DNA of 64,000 nt from Antedon mediterranea (taxonomy: Eukaryota > Animalia > Echinodermata): contig NC_092674.1 of NCBI RefSeq assembly GCF_964355755.1, positions 25,420,001 through 25,484,000 on the forward strand. The letters are read 5' to 3'. The translations under genes and the position numbers were made by a program. Positions 1 to 14,200 of the stretch are shown piece after piece; within the stretch, counting starts at the first letter, position 1, and each line of letters starts with the position of its first letter. The notes beneath the pieces were generated by a model. That model was not told the DNA's origin, did not search any database, and saw nothing but the letters and a program-made list of their open reading frames with translations.

Positions 1-669
1 CACGGCGATTTGAATGTTATGATAGAAGTACATTTCTGGAAAGATATATATACTAATTTAGATCAAAAAGGCATTTAAATTAGCTTTAGATCGTTTTTAG
101 GATTTTGATTAATAAATGGGAACATCTCTACAAGACATGAAATCGTTGGAAAAAATATAATTAGCCTAGATGAGTTCCAATTGTCTGTCGAAGTTATGCC
201 TTTCAGCCAAGCTAGTATAGGTCTAGCCTAGGCATGTTAGTAATAAGCTAGGCCTAGCCTAGGCGTTTTAGCCTTGCTAGACCTAGAAATGTTTGGTCGT
301 TTGTTGACATAATTAGCACTAAAGTACCGGATATTTATATGGATAAAATCCATATAAATATAACATTTATTACAATATTAAAAACCAAATGTGACGCTTT
401 TAATCAATGTGAATTAAAAATAGGCCTTGTCTAGGCCAGGCTAGGACTACCTTTTATTTGATTCAAATGACAGGATCGAATCTATGTAGATGTTATATAA
501 AACAAATAAATGTTTTATATTCGTGTAATGGTCCAAATAATGGCATTTTGGTGAATGATGAAATGTTAAATATCAACTAGGCTTTGCCTCATTGATATAT
601 AACCTTTCATAATTCACCTCATCCCATTATTTGTACCATTACACTCATAAACATTCATTATTTGTATAA

Positions 670-1084
670 TATTGTGCATACAACGCATGGTAACTCGCGG
701 CTATTACGGTGGATATGTGAGTGAGCAACCTACTCTGATGGCAAGAACAAAAAGGCATTGTTGTTGCTTGAATTACCCTTGGTTTGGGAAGACCCAACAG
801 AATGCATAATCATGTGCAGTTGTCTAGCCTTCAGGGCATGTACGTTTAGCTGGGATCATAATACTTGTTGGCCTTTTGCCAGACATACTGCGCAAGATGC
901 ATCCTTCTGAAATGGGTGACCCCAAGCGTATTTTCCTCCACTTGACGCTGCCGCTATTTTACGTTCGTCCATTCATATCTATTCGCCCTAAACAGCCATT
1001 GTAATCGGTTGAGAAAGTTGAAAAACACAGTGTTTTAATTGTACCAGCTCCATAATGTGAATAAGTGCCCTCCACCAAGATATC
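670..1084 (-). pseudogene. Degenerate C4-like domain exon (ancestral last exon of the lectin gene)
   Basis: Acceptor ttttag|GA TAT CTT GGT GGA and residual SCAVCL, IPAKRTCPEG, ELPCVVCT. It has an early +1 frameshift, TGG->TAG and an internal deletion relative to 21746-22236. Confidence 0.85.
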
Positions 1085-1278
1085 CTAAAATAAATAACAC
1101 TGTGGTCGAATGGATTAAAATATAATAGTTCTTCAACTAAATTTAGTTTGTTGTAATCAATGGACTCGTTCAGGCTTAGTTTGCCCGCTAAGTTGACTTA
1201 AAACCACTAACTTTGGTAACCAGCTTATCCGGGTATATTACAACACCTGAACGTACCCAATATCATGTTTACTTACTA

Positions 1279-2233
1279 AAGCCGATTTTCCACTAGGCGA
1301 ATTTGTTCGCGCGAATCGAAAGCGTCATGCTATGCACATGCGTATTCTAGTTTCTGTCTGTCATACTCCTTTCTGCAACGAATTCTAGTTCCTTTGATTT
1401 TTCGCTGCAGCGAAATTTAATAGTTCGAATTGTTTCTGCTTTTTGCCTCGGTATAACTTGGACACAGAAAAAGACATTAAAAGAAGAAAATCACTAGCAG
1501 CTATGGCATATAACAAGGTGAAGTCGTCGCTAGAACACAAAACGATGTCTATAGACGTGAAATCCCGTTTGTTTGACGCATACATAGCAAGTATTTTCTT
1601 ATGTAACAGTGAACTCTGGGTACTAAACAAAAAATTACAAGAGAGTATAGATATATATCACAGGAAAATGTTGCGAAAGATGATAGATATTAAATTAACA
1701 GATAGAGTGTGTAACACGAAAATATACAAGATAACAAAACAAGAAGAATGGAGTAAAAGAATTAAACGGAGGAGACTAAAATGGTATGGACACATAATTA
1801 GATTACCGGATGATACCCCAATCAAATAAACAATGAAGGAAACTAACAGGAAAGTAAAACGACCCGTAGGAAGACCAAGAAATAACTGGATGAATCAAAT
1901 ATAGAAAGACTTACAAGGACAAGTAGACACTAACACAATAACAAACCATCCTGCCATAAACAGAAAAAAATGGAAACAAATTGTGGAAAGCGTAATGTCG
2001 GAAGACGGAAAACAGTTTTGCGAAGAAAAAAAAATTGCCCAATCAATTCAATTGAATTAGAGCTCAAGAAATGAGCTATGACGCTTTCATGAGCACTCAT
2101 GCGAATCGAAAAGCTCAGAAGCCACGCGAGGAGCATAAACGTCGCAGCTATTCGCTCATGTAGTGGAGGCGATTTTTTTCTCTTCGAAACATTGGATTGG
2201 CGCAAACAAATTCGCTTAGTGGAAAATGGGCTT
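1279..2233. mobile_element. Non-autonomous TIR DNA transposon (MITE) with nested LINE fragment
   Basis: ~34-bp imperfect TIRs aagccgattttccactaggcgaatttgttcgcgc / gcgcaaacaaattcgcttagtggaaaatgggctt, flanked by TA on both sides. Confidence 0.8.
1448..1930 (+). mobile_element. Non-LTR retrotransposon (RTE-like) RT C-terminal fragment, with stops
   Basis: DIKRRKSLA..RLFDAYIASIFL.NSELW..RRRLKWYGHIIRL..KRPVGRPRNNW. Confidence 0.85.
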
Positions 2234-2235
2234 TA

Positions 2236-2282
2236 CATACGACTTTCTGAAGATGTAAGCTTGCAGTCTGTCTACCCCAATT
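2236..2282 (-). pseudogene. Degenerate HWGR exon of the C4-like family (first 11 nt read KLG*)
   Basis: aattggggtagacagactgc...tcttcagaaagtcgtatg aligns to cattggggtcggaaggactgc...tcttcaaaagtcgtatat (exon 22563-22658). Its gtaagt donor is displaced to ~1271-1276 by a MITE. Confidence 0.7.
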
Positions 2283-5200
2283 CTGTAAATAAAAAACAGT
2301 ATAATAATAATTGACCGAGATTTTAAAGTTAAGGCTTTTTATATTATCCAGACCGAAAGAGTGGAATCTCCGAGCAACTAGATGTCCACCCCCATTTTGG
2401 TTTGGGATGTGGTGGAGAGTAGGCCTACGTTAAAAACAAGTGTGCTATTTCCGAGAATCTAGAGGTGCTATATTTTAAAGAAAGTGAAGGCGTGTAAATT
2501 ATATTGAAAATGATGATACATACTATATAGTTCTACTTCACAAAGAGTGAGAGGTTCCCTTCCTTGAAGATATACACTGACGTACTGTCCTGTAATTGGT
2601 GGACTACACACAATTTCAATAGGATTTGTACGAATCATGGATGTCGATAGAGTAGCTCCACATTGGTCATTTCCTTTATCAAAAGGTGGAATGTTGTTGT
2701 TCCCAACACGAACTTTTGCACCTTTCAGTCTATTACCTAGTTAGTTAGACAAAATGGACATATCGGGTAAATATAATTATGTTTAAAAGATGTCTTTAAA
2801 AAAAGGATAAAAATAACTAATAAAATATAATAGTAAAGTTGTAAAATTACGTTAAATGTTTTTTTTTATTTTTGCTAAAATGTTTTAACTTGTTCTTACC
2901 ACAACAGTCTTCTCTGTTATATATCACAATCTTTGAAATAGGAATGGGTGATCCTAAATCAACATACCACCAAGGATCTTTAGAATTAGAGTCTTTGGAA
3001 AAATTAAACAAATCAGTTACTTCTATTCAGTCATTTTACAATTTATTCTGGCTTTAAAAGTGTAATAATAAACGATTTCGACTAAGATAAAATATAATAA
3101 TAAATACGAAAATATGGTATAAAATATGTATATCCATGTTTCATTGTACTTACGGGTGTGGGTACACGTCTTTTTCCAAAAGTTTCCGTCGGTTTTTCCA
3201 TCGATGGCTCTACCAGCAACAGCTCCAGAACCATGTGTAGAAATCTGTTTAGCTCCTTCAAAATCTGTCACTCTCACATTCACTAAAATTCAATTCGCAA
3301 AAATGTAATACAGTTTTATTATTCTATGCAAAATAATTTAATAATAAGAAGGATAGTACTAAATATTTTCTGAGACTATTCTATACAATTTCGTAAGAGA
3401 AGTTTTCTACCTCCTGTAACCCCTCCGACTTGAGCCTTAATGGAGTATTCACGTTTAATCAACAATCGAAACATTTATTTCATTATAAATTCTCTTAGAT
3501 AATAGGTAGTTTATCGATTCAACATGTATGCGTTATTGTCAATCCTACTAATTTTTTTTTGTAATTGTGTAAATATTCATTTTATTACAACTTCAATTGT
3601 TTTATTTGTCAATGGCTACATCTCTGAATGTATGTCATTTTACCTTTAGGTCTACTAGATGGTGTAATTTATTCATTAAAATGCCCTTTATCCCTTGTCT
3701 GACACGTGACTATGCAGTTTAAAATTGCAGTGAATGGGCATTTTCTATCACTGGTCGCAATGTTAAAATTTGATTACAACCTTCTCTTACTCATATTATT
3801 GCATTTCGCATAACACTCGATTTAACTACCACAATGTAATATAAAACATTTTACATTCGTAAAATAGCACGGTCAATATAATGGGCATTATAAAGACAGT
3901 AGTCACAATTTTGAATAATTTAGTCACCGCCAAACAAAATAACATATTGGTTTAATAAATCATGTTTACACGACCGTCTATGGCACAGTTTTACTGTTGC
4001 ACCCCATCCCACCACGATTTACTTTTGATTTAGGCTTTAAATTATACATTCTTACTTCTATCTGTAAATAGTTCTACTTCACAAAGAGTGAGAAATTCCC
4101 GTCGAGGAAGATATACACTGACGTACTGTCCTGTGATTGGTGGGCTACACACAATTTCAATAGGATTTGTACGAATCATGGATGTCGATAGAGTAGCTCC
4201 ACATTGGTCATTTCCTTTATCAAAAGGTGGAACGTTGTTGTTCCCAACACGAACTTTAGCATCTCTCAGCCTATTACCTAGTTAGTTAGACAAAATGGAC
4301 ATATTGGGTAAGTACAATTATGTTTAAAAGATATCTTTAAAAAGAATAAAAGTAGCCTAACTAGTAAAATATAATAGTAAAGCTGTAAAATTACGTTAAA
4401 TGTTTTTTTTTTTATTTTTGCTAAAAATGTTTTAACTTGTTCTTACCACAACAGTCTTCTCTGTTATATATCACAATCTTTGAAATAGGAATGGGTGATC
4501 CTAAATCAACATACCACCAAGGATTTCCAGAATTCTCTATGAAAAATTAAACAAATCAGTTATTTCTCTATTAGTCATTTTACAATTTATTCTGGCTTTA
4601 AAAATGTAATAGTAAACTTTTTCGACTAAGATCTAATATAATAATAAATACGAAAATATGGTAACAAATGTGAATATCCATGTTGCATTGTACTTACGGG
4701 TGTGGGTACACGTCTTTTCCCCAAATTTTCCGTCCGTTTTTCCATCGATGGCTTTACCAGCAACAGCTCCAGAAGAACCATAATTAGAACTCTGTTTAGC
4801 TTCTACAAACTTTGTAACTTTCACGTTTACTAAAATTAGAAACCATAATACAGACGTTTTATTACACCGTGCAAAATAATTACAGTGGAAAGACATAGTC
4901 AACGGTATACATACCTGCGACGTCTTATAAAACAAAATATGCATTTTATTACAACTTCAGTTGTTTTATTTGTAAATTACAATATCTCTGAATGTGTGGA
5001 ATTTTACCTGTAGGCCTACTAGATGGTGTAATTTCTTCTGTAATTATTTCTCCGCCTTTAAAAAATAAATACATTTTTTTTTAATTTTGTAAATATGCAT
5101 TTTTTCTACTTATTTGTAAATTACAATATCTCTGAATGTGTGGAACTTTACCTGTAGGCCTAGTATTGTGTATAATTTCTTTTATTTCATGAAAATGTCC

Positions 5201-8200
5201 TGTATCCCTTGTCTGACACGTGACTATGCAGTTTAAAATTGCAGTGAATGGGCATTTTCTATCACTGGTCGCAATGTTAAAATTTGATTACAACCTTCTA
5301 TACTCATATTATTGCATTTCGCATAACACTCGATTTAACTACCGCAATGTAATATAAAACATTTTACATTCGTAAAATAGCACGGTCAATATAATGGGCA
5401 TTATAAATACAGTAGTCACAATTTTGAATAATTTAGTCACCGCCAAACAAAATAACATATTGGTTTAATAAATCATGTTTACACGACCGTCTATGGCACA
5501 GTTTTACTGTTGCACCCCATCCCACCACGATTTACTTTTGATTTAGGCTTTAAATTATACATTCTTACTTCTATCTGTATATAGTTCTACTTCACAAAGA
5601 GTGAGAAATTCCCGTCGAGGAAGATATACACTGACGTACTGTCCTGTTATTGGTGGGCTACACACAATTTCAATAGGATTTGTACGAATCATGGATGTCG
5701 ATAGAGTAGCTCCACATTGGTCATTTCCTTTATCAAAAGGTGGAACGTTGTTGTTCCCAACACGAACTTTAGCATCTCTCAGCCTATTACCTAGTTAGTT
5801 AAACAAAATGGACATATTGGGTAAGTACAATTATGTTTAAAAGATATCTTTAAAAAGAATAAAAGTAGCCTAACTAGTAAAATATAATAGTAAAGCTGTA
5901 AAATTATGTTAAATGTTATTTTTATTTTTGCTAAAAATGTTTTAACTTGTTCTTACCACAACAGTCTTCTCTGTTATATATCACAATCTTTGAAATAGGA
6001 ATGGGTGATCCTAAATCAACATACCACCAAGGATTTTCAGAATTCTCTATGAAAAATTAAACAAATCAATTACTTCTATTCAGTCATTTTACAATTTATT
6101 CTGGCTTTAAAAATGTAATAATAAACTTTTTCGACTAAGATCTAATATAATAATAAATACGAAAATATGGTATAAAATGTGAATATCCATGTTGCATTGT
6201 ACTTACGGGTGTGGGTACATGTCTTTTTCCCAAAGTTTCCGTCGGTTTTTCCATCGATGGCTTTACCAGCAACAGCTCCAGAAGAACCATAATTAGAACT
6301 CTGTTTAGCTTCTACAAACTCTGTAACTCTCGCATTCACTACAATTCAATTCGCAAAAATGTAATACAGTTTTATTATTCTATGCAAAATAATTAGAAAA
6401 AACGAAACAAATATTAAATTATTAACGCTAGCCTATACATCTGGAACGTATATATTATAGTAGGGTCTATAAGGATAGTACTAAATATTTTCTGAGACTA
6501 TTCTATACAATTTCGTAAGAGAAGTTAACTTTTCTACCTCCTGTGACCCCTCCGACTTGAGCCTTAATGGAGTATTCACGTTTCCCTACACCACCATTTA
6601 TATTGTGTACTTGGTTGTCAGCCAATTTAGTATGCAAATTACCACCAACCCATCTGACCGAAGAATCTCCTCCATAATTGTATGTTAACACTCCTGTACC
6701 AAATGACCATCCAATCATATCGCCGGATTCTACTGTAATTCGTTCACTTTCAGGTATTCTATAAGTAACTTCTTTGTTAGCGTCACGTGCAGCTGGTATG
6801 TTATTGATACCCACAATCTTAAATTTCGAGTTTGAACCTTCTATCTGCCTAAATACAATAGCTTTAAATGCTGATTTTGTTTTGCCTTGGTATGACCAAC
6901 TTGTAACTTGGCCACTACAAGAAAACATTTGATCTAGCGCTACCATTGTCCAGCCATTACTATCAGGACCACCACGATTTTTAACTTGCCAACCTGCACT
7001 GCAATAGTCAGCTGTAAAATTAATCAACAATCGAAACATTTATTTCATTATCAATTCTCTTAGATAATAGATAGTTTATCGATTCAACATGTATGCGTTA
7101 TTGTCAATCCTGCTAATTTTTGTAATTGTGTAAATATGCATTTTATTACTATTTCAGTTGTTTTATTTGTCAATGGCTACATCTCTGAATGTGTGCCATT
7201 TTACCTTTAGCCTACTAGATGGTGTACTTTCTCTTATTCATGAAAATGCCCTGTATCCATTGTCTGACACATGCAGTTTAAAATGAATGGGCAACAAAAA
7301 CATGTTTACCATTACATTTTGGTATTTATCATTTCATCATATCCGCAGCGCAAAAGCCCGATTGTCGCATTTTCACTCGATTTTGCCCTCTATGAAAAAA
7401 ACCTTTTTCCAATCGCGCCTATATAAATAATATTGTTTGTTTGTGTTCGTTCTTTTAAAAAGGACAAAGGAGTCCGATTGCTCATTAACTTTGTTGCACT
7501 TGTGTGTTTTAGCTCACAAGTTTGTGATAGGATTGCTACCTACTTAAAAATATTGTAAATAAACAAAATTATTCAAGTAGTGAAGTGAAGTTATAAGTAC
7601 GCAAATAAAAACAAAATCAAAGTGCCCCAACCAAATAAAAAATAATGAATATAAAAATTATTATAATTAACGAACGAACGAAAAACTCACAACGCATGCA
7701 ACGTTTGTTGAACATCAACCTAGGCGTACATAAAAGTAACACTTACAGTGAAAATCTACTAGTTTTTACTATGTCACGTACAATAAACAAAGGTTGAAAA
7801 GGCATGTATTAAGATGAGAAAAGACTATAAACCATAATACTGTGAATTTAAAAAAAAAATATTATCATTTCATCATATCAACACAAATTCAGTAGGCTAT
7901 AGGCCTATACCCACCCGTAAAACTTAGGGAAGGTAGGCCTATATCATATTAGAATAAAAAGATTAATAGAGTTTCCACATATAAATCCCAAAACAATTTT
8001 TTTCCGAAAGAATGAACCACCACCAATGATTTGGTTCAGCTTACGTTCACAATTGTAGTAAACCCGCATGTATTTATGGGTTCCTCTGCATGGATCTCCG
8101 AACACAGAATTAGACGCGGGAATTGTACACTGTTGTTTTCCTTCACAACGTCTTGTTATCTCGTTTTCTGCACTCCTTGCGGAACAATCAGTGTTTTCCG

Positions 8201-11200
8201 TCGGTCCGTTGGGACACACGAGGCTATTGCTGCGACCGTAAAAACCATAGTAGATCTTAAGTGAATGATGTGGTTCGCAGGAAATAGTTCCAGTTTCCCC
8301 TTCACATGTATTAATCTGCGATAATCCTACAAACAAATATTTCATTATTACTAACAAGTTCTACATACCTGTAGGCCTACTAGATGATGTAATTTCTCTT
8401 ATTCATGAAAATTCCCTGTATCCCTTGTCTGACACGTGACTATGAGGTTTAAAATTGCTGGTAAATGGTCATTTTCTATCACTGGTCGCAATGTTAACAT
8501 TTTATTACAACCTTCTCTAACTCATATTATTGCATTTCGCATAACACTCAATTTTACTACTGCAATATCATATAAAACATTTTACATTCGTGAAATAATA
8601 AAAGTAGCACGGTCAATATAATGGGCATTACACATACAGTAGTCAGAATTTTGAATAATTTAGTCACCACCAACCAAAATAGCAAATTGGTTTAATAAAC
8701 CATGTTTACACGACCGTCTATGGTACATTTTTACTTTTTGAAATGTAGTTTAAAACCTTCCCGGTACAATTGCGATCATTTGACACCCCATATGTATGGT
8801 AACATGCAGACATTTGTATAACGAACAAACATCGAAAGTGGGGAAAAGTGGGCGATTTTTACCACATTTTGGCCTCTAACTTGGATCCTAGATGGCAGAT
8901 GATGTTCAAATATAGTTTAGAACTTTCCGGTACAATTGGGGTCATTTTGATACCCCATAATTGAAGGTAAAACATTTGTATAACAAACGAACAAACAAAC
9001 AAACACACAAACGTACAAACTCTCTAACTTATAAAATAGATAGTATAAGGATAGTACTAAATATTTTTTTAGACTATTCTATAAAATTTAGTAAGAGAAG
9101 TTAACTTGTCTCACCCCCTGTAACCCTTTCGACTTGAGCCTTAATGGAGTATTCACGTTTCCCTACACCACCATTTATATTGTGTACTTGGTTGTCAGCC
9201 AATTGAGTATGCAAATTACCACCAACCCATCTGACCGAAGAATCTCCTCCATAATTGTATGTTAACACTCCTGTACCAAATGACCATCCAATCATATCGC
9301 CGGATTCTACTGTAATTCGTTCACTTTCAGGTATTCTATAAGTAACTTCTTTGTTAGCGTCACGTGCAGCTGGTATGTTATTGATACCCACAATCTTAAA
9401 TTTCAAGTTTGAACCTTCTATCTGCCTAAATACAATAGCTTTAAATGCTGATTTTGTTTTGCCTTGGTATGACCAACTTGTAACTTGGCCACTACAAGAA
9501 AACATTTGATCTAGCGCTACCATTGTCCAGCCATTACTGTCAGGACCACCACGATTTTTAACTTGCCAACCTGCACTGCAATAGTCAGCTGTAATATTAA
9601 TCAACAATCGAAACATTTATTTCATTATAAATTCTCTTAGATAATAGGTAGTTTATCGATTCAACATGTATGCGTTATTGTCAATCCTACTAATTTTTTT
9701 TTGTAATTGTGTAAATATTCATTTTATTACAACTTCAGTTGTTTTATTTGTCAATGGCTACATCTCTGAATGTGTGTCATTTTACCTTTAGGTCTACTAG
9801 ATGGTGTAATTTATTCATTAAAATGCCATGTATCCCTTGTCTGACACGTGACTATGCAGTTTAAAATTGCAGTGAATGGGCATTTTCTATCACTAGTCGC
9901 AATGTTAAAATTTGATTACAACCTTCTCTAACTCATATTACTGCATTTCGCATAACACTCGATTTCACTACCGCAATGTAATATAAAACATTTTACATTC
10001 ATGAAATAGCACGGTCAATATAATGGGCATTATAAATACAGTAGTCACAATTTTGAATAATTTAGTCACCGCCAACCAAAATAACAAATTGGTTTAATAA
10101 ATCATGTTTACACGACCGTCTATGACACAGTTTTACTGTTGCACCCCATCCCACCACGATTTACTTTTGATTTAGGCTATAAATTATACATTCTTACTTC
10201 TATCTGTATATAGTTCTACTTCACAAAGAGTGAGAAATTCCCGTCGAGGAAGATATACACTGACGTACTGTCCTGTGATTGGTGGGCTACACACAATTTC
10301 AATAGGATTTGTACGAATCATGGATGTCGATAGAGTAGCTCCACATTGGGCATTTCCTTTATCAAAAGGTGGAACGTTGTTGTTCCCAACACGAACTTTA
10401 GCATCTCTCAGCCTATTACCTAGTTAGTTAGACAAAATGGACATATTGGGTAAGTACAATTATGTTTAAAAGATATCTTTAAAAAGAATAAAAGTAGCCT
10501 AACTAATAAAATATAATAGTAAAGCTGTAAAATTACGTTAAATGTTATTATTATTTTTGCTAAAAATGTTTTAACTTGTTCTTACCACAACAATCTTCTC
10601 TGTTATATATCACAATCTTTGAAATAGGAATGGGTGATCCTAAATCAACATACCACCAAGGATTTCCAGAATTCTCTATGAAAAATTAAACAAATCGGTT
10701 ATTTCTCTATTCAGTCATTTTACAATTTATTCTGGCTTTAAAAATGTAATAATAAACTATTTCGACTAAGATCTAATATAATAATAAATACGAAAATATG
10801 GTAACAAATGTGTATATCCATGTTGCATTGTACTTACGGGTGTGGGTACATGTCTTTTTCCCAAAGTTTCCGTCGGTTTTTCCATCGATGGCTTTACCAG
10901 CAACAGCTCCAGAATAACCATAATTAGAACTCTGTTTAGCTTCTACAAACTTTGTAACTTTCACGTTTACTAAAATTAGAAACCATAATACAGACGTTTT
11001 ATTACACCGTGCAAAATAATTACAGTGGAAAAGACATAGTCAACGGTATACATACCTGCGACGTCTTATAAAACAAAATATGCATTTTATTACAACTTCA
11101 GTTGTTTTATTTGTAAATTACAATATCTCTGAATGTGTGAAATTTTACCTGTAGGCCTACTAGATGGTGTCATTTCTTCTGTAATTATTTCTCCGCCTTT

Positions 11201-14200
11201 AAAACAAAAAATTAATACGTTTTTTTGTAATTTTGTAAATATGCATTTTTTTCTACTTATTTGTAAATTACAATATCTCTGAATGTGTGGAACTTTACCT
11301 GTAGGCCTAGTAGATGGTGGATAATTTCTCTTATTTCATGAAAATGTCCTGTATCCCTTGTCTGACACGTGATTATGCAGTTTAAAATTGGAGTGAATGG
11401 TCATTTTCTATCACTGGTCGCAATGTTAAAATTTGATTACAACCTTCTCTAACTCATATTATTGCATTTCGCATAACACTCGATTTAACTACCGCAATGT
11501 AATATAAAACATTTTACATTCGTAAAATAGCAAGGTCAATATAATGGGCATTATAAAGACAGTAGTCACAATTTTGAATAATTTAGTCACCGCCAAACAA
11601 AATAACATATTGGTTTAATAAATCATGTTTACACGACCGTCTATGGCACAGTTTTACTGTTGCACCCCATCCCACCACGATTTACTTTTGATTTAGGCTA
11701 TAAATTATACATTCTTACTTCTATCTGTATATAGTTCTACTTCACAAAGAGTGAGAAATTCCCGGCGAGGAAGATATACACTGACGTACTGTCCTGTGAT
11801 TGGTGGGCTACACACAATTTCAATAGGATTTGTACGAATCATGGATGTCGATAGAGTAGCTCCACATTGGTCATTTCCTTTATCAAAAGGTGGAACGTTG
11901 TTGTTCCCAACACGAACTTTAGCATCTCTCAGCCTATTACCTAGTTAGTTAGACAAAATGGACATATTGGGTAAGTACAATTATGTTTAAAAGATATCTT
12001 TAAAAAGAATAAAAGTAGCCTAACTAATAAAATATAATAGTAAAGCTGTAAAATTACGTTAAATGTTATTTTTATTTTTGCTAAAAATGTTTTAACTTGT
12101 TCTTACCGCAACAGTCTTCTCTGTTATATATCACAATCTTTGAAATAGGAATGGGTGATCCTAAATCAACATACCACCAAGGATTTCCAGAATTCTCTAT
12201 GAAAAATTAAACAAATCAGTTACTTCTATTCAGTCATTTTACAATTTATTCTGGTTTTAGAAATGTAATAATAAACTTTTTCGACTAAGATCTAATATAA
12301 TAATACGAAAATATGGTATAAAATGTGAATATCCATGTTGCATTGTACTTACGGGTGTGGGTACATGTCTTTTTCCCAAAGTTTCCGTCGGTTTTTCCAT
12401 CGATGGCTTTACCAGCAACAGCTCCAGAAGAACCATAATTAGAACTCTGTTTAGCTTCTACAAACTTTGTAACTTTCACGTTTACTAAAATTAGAAACCA
12501 TAATACAGACGTTTTATTACACCGTGCAAAATAATTACAGTGGAAAGACATAGTCAACGGTATACATACCTGCGACGGCTTTTAAAACAAAATATGCATT
12601 TTATTACAACTTCAGTTGTTTTATTTGTAAATTACAATATCTCTGAATGTGTGGAATTTTACCTGTAGGCCTACTAGATGGTGTCATTTCTTCTGTACTT
12701 ATTTCTCCGCCTTTAAAACAAAAAATTAATACGTTTTTTTGTAATTTTGTAAATATGCATTTTTTTCTACTTATTTGTAAATTACAGTATCTCTGAATGT
12801 ATGGAATTTTACCTGTAGGCCTACTAGATGGTGTAATTTCTTCTGTAATTATTTCTCCGCCTTTAAAAAATAAATAAATACATTTTTTTTGTAATTATTT
12901 TTGTAAATATGCATTTTTTCTACTTATTTGTAAATTACAATATCTCTGAATGTGTGGAACTTTACCTGTAGGCCTAGTAGATGGTGTATAATTTCTCTTA
13001 TTTCATGAAAATGTCCTGTATCCCTTGTCTGACACGTGACTATGCAGTTTAAAATTGCAGTGAATGGGCATTTTCTATCACTGGTCGCAATGTTAAAATT
13101 TGATTACAACCTTCTCTAACTCATATTATTGCATTTCGCATAACACTCGATTTCACTACCGCAATGTAATATAAAACATTTCACATTCGTAAAATAGCAC
13201 GGTCAATATAATGGGCATTATACATACAGTTAGTCACAATTTTGAATAATTTAATTACCGCCAAACAAAATAACATATTGGTTTAATAAATCATGTTTAC
13301 ACGACCGTCTATGGCACAGTTTACTGTTGCACCCCATCCCACCACGATTTACTTTTGATTTAGGCTATAAATTATACATTCTTACTTCTATCTGTATATA
13401 GTTCTACTTCACAAAGAGTGAGAAATTCCCGTCGAGGAAGATATACACTGACGTACTGTCCTGTGATTGGTGGGCTACACACAATTTCAATAGGATTTGT
13501 ACGAATCATGGATGTCGATAGAGTAGCTCCACATTGGTCATTTCCTTTATCAAAAGGTGAAACGTTGTTGTTCCCAACACGAACTTTAGCATCTCTCAGC
13601 CTATTACCTAGTTAGTTAGACAAAATGGACATATTAGGTAAGTACAATTATGTTTAAAAGATATCTTTAAAAAGAATAAAAGTAGCCTAACTAATAAAAT
13701 ATAATAGTAAAGCTGTAAAATTACGTTAAATGTTATTTTTATTTTTGCTAAAAATGTTTTAACTTGTTCTTACCACAACAGTCTCCTCTGTTATATATCA
13801 CAATCTTTGAAATAGGAATGGGTGATCCTAAATCAACATACCACCAAGGATTTCCAGAATTCTCTATGAAAAATTAAACAAATCAGTTATTTCTCTATTC
13901 AGTCATTTTACAATTTATTCTGGCTTTAAAAATGTAATAATAAACTTTTTCGACTAAGATCTAATATAATAATAAATACGGAAATATGGTATAAAATGTG
14001 TATATCCATGTTGCATTGTACTTACGGGTGTGGGTACACGTCTTTTTCCCAAAGTTTCCGTCGGTTTTTCCATCGATGGCTTTACCAGCAACAGCTCCAG
14101 AATAACCATAATTAGAACTCTGTTTAGCTTCTACAAACTTTGTAACTTTCACGTTTACTAAAATTAGAAACCATAATACAGACGTTTTATTACACCGTGC

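Noticed and set aside
12966-13015. Variant micro-exons (47-50 nt) downstream of FTL exon C and the X/SUEL exons
   Set aside because: Lengths are not multiples of three and there is no pyrimidine tract, so they are excluded from the gene model. A 27-nt in-frame use at ~8368 cannot be excluded.
4088-13615. Five repeated + strand ORFs 'MRNSRRGRYT...'
   Set aside because: They are antisense shadows of F-lectin exon C. The minus frame carries the motifs and splice sites.
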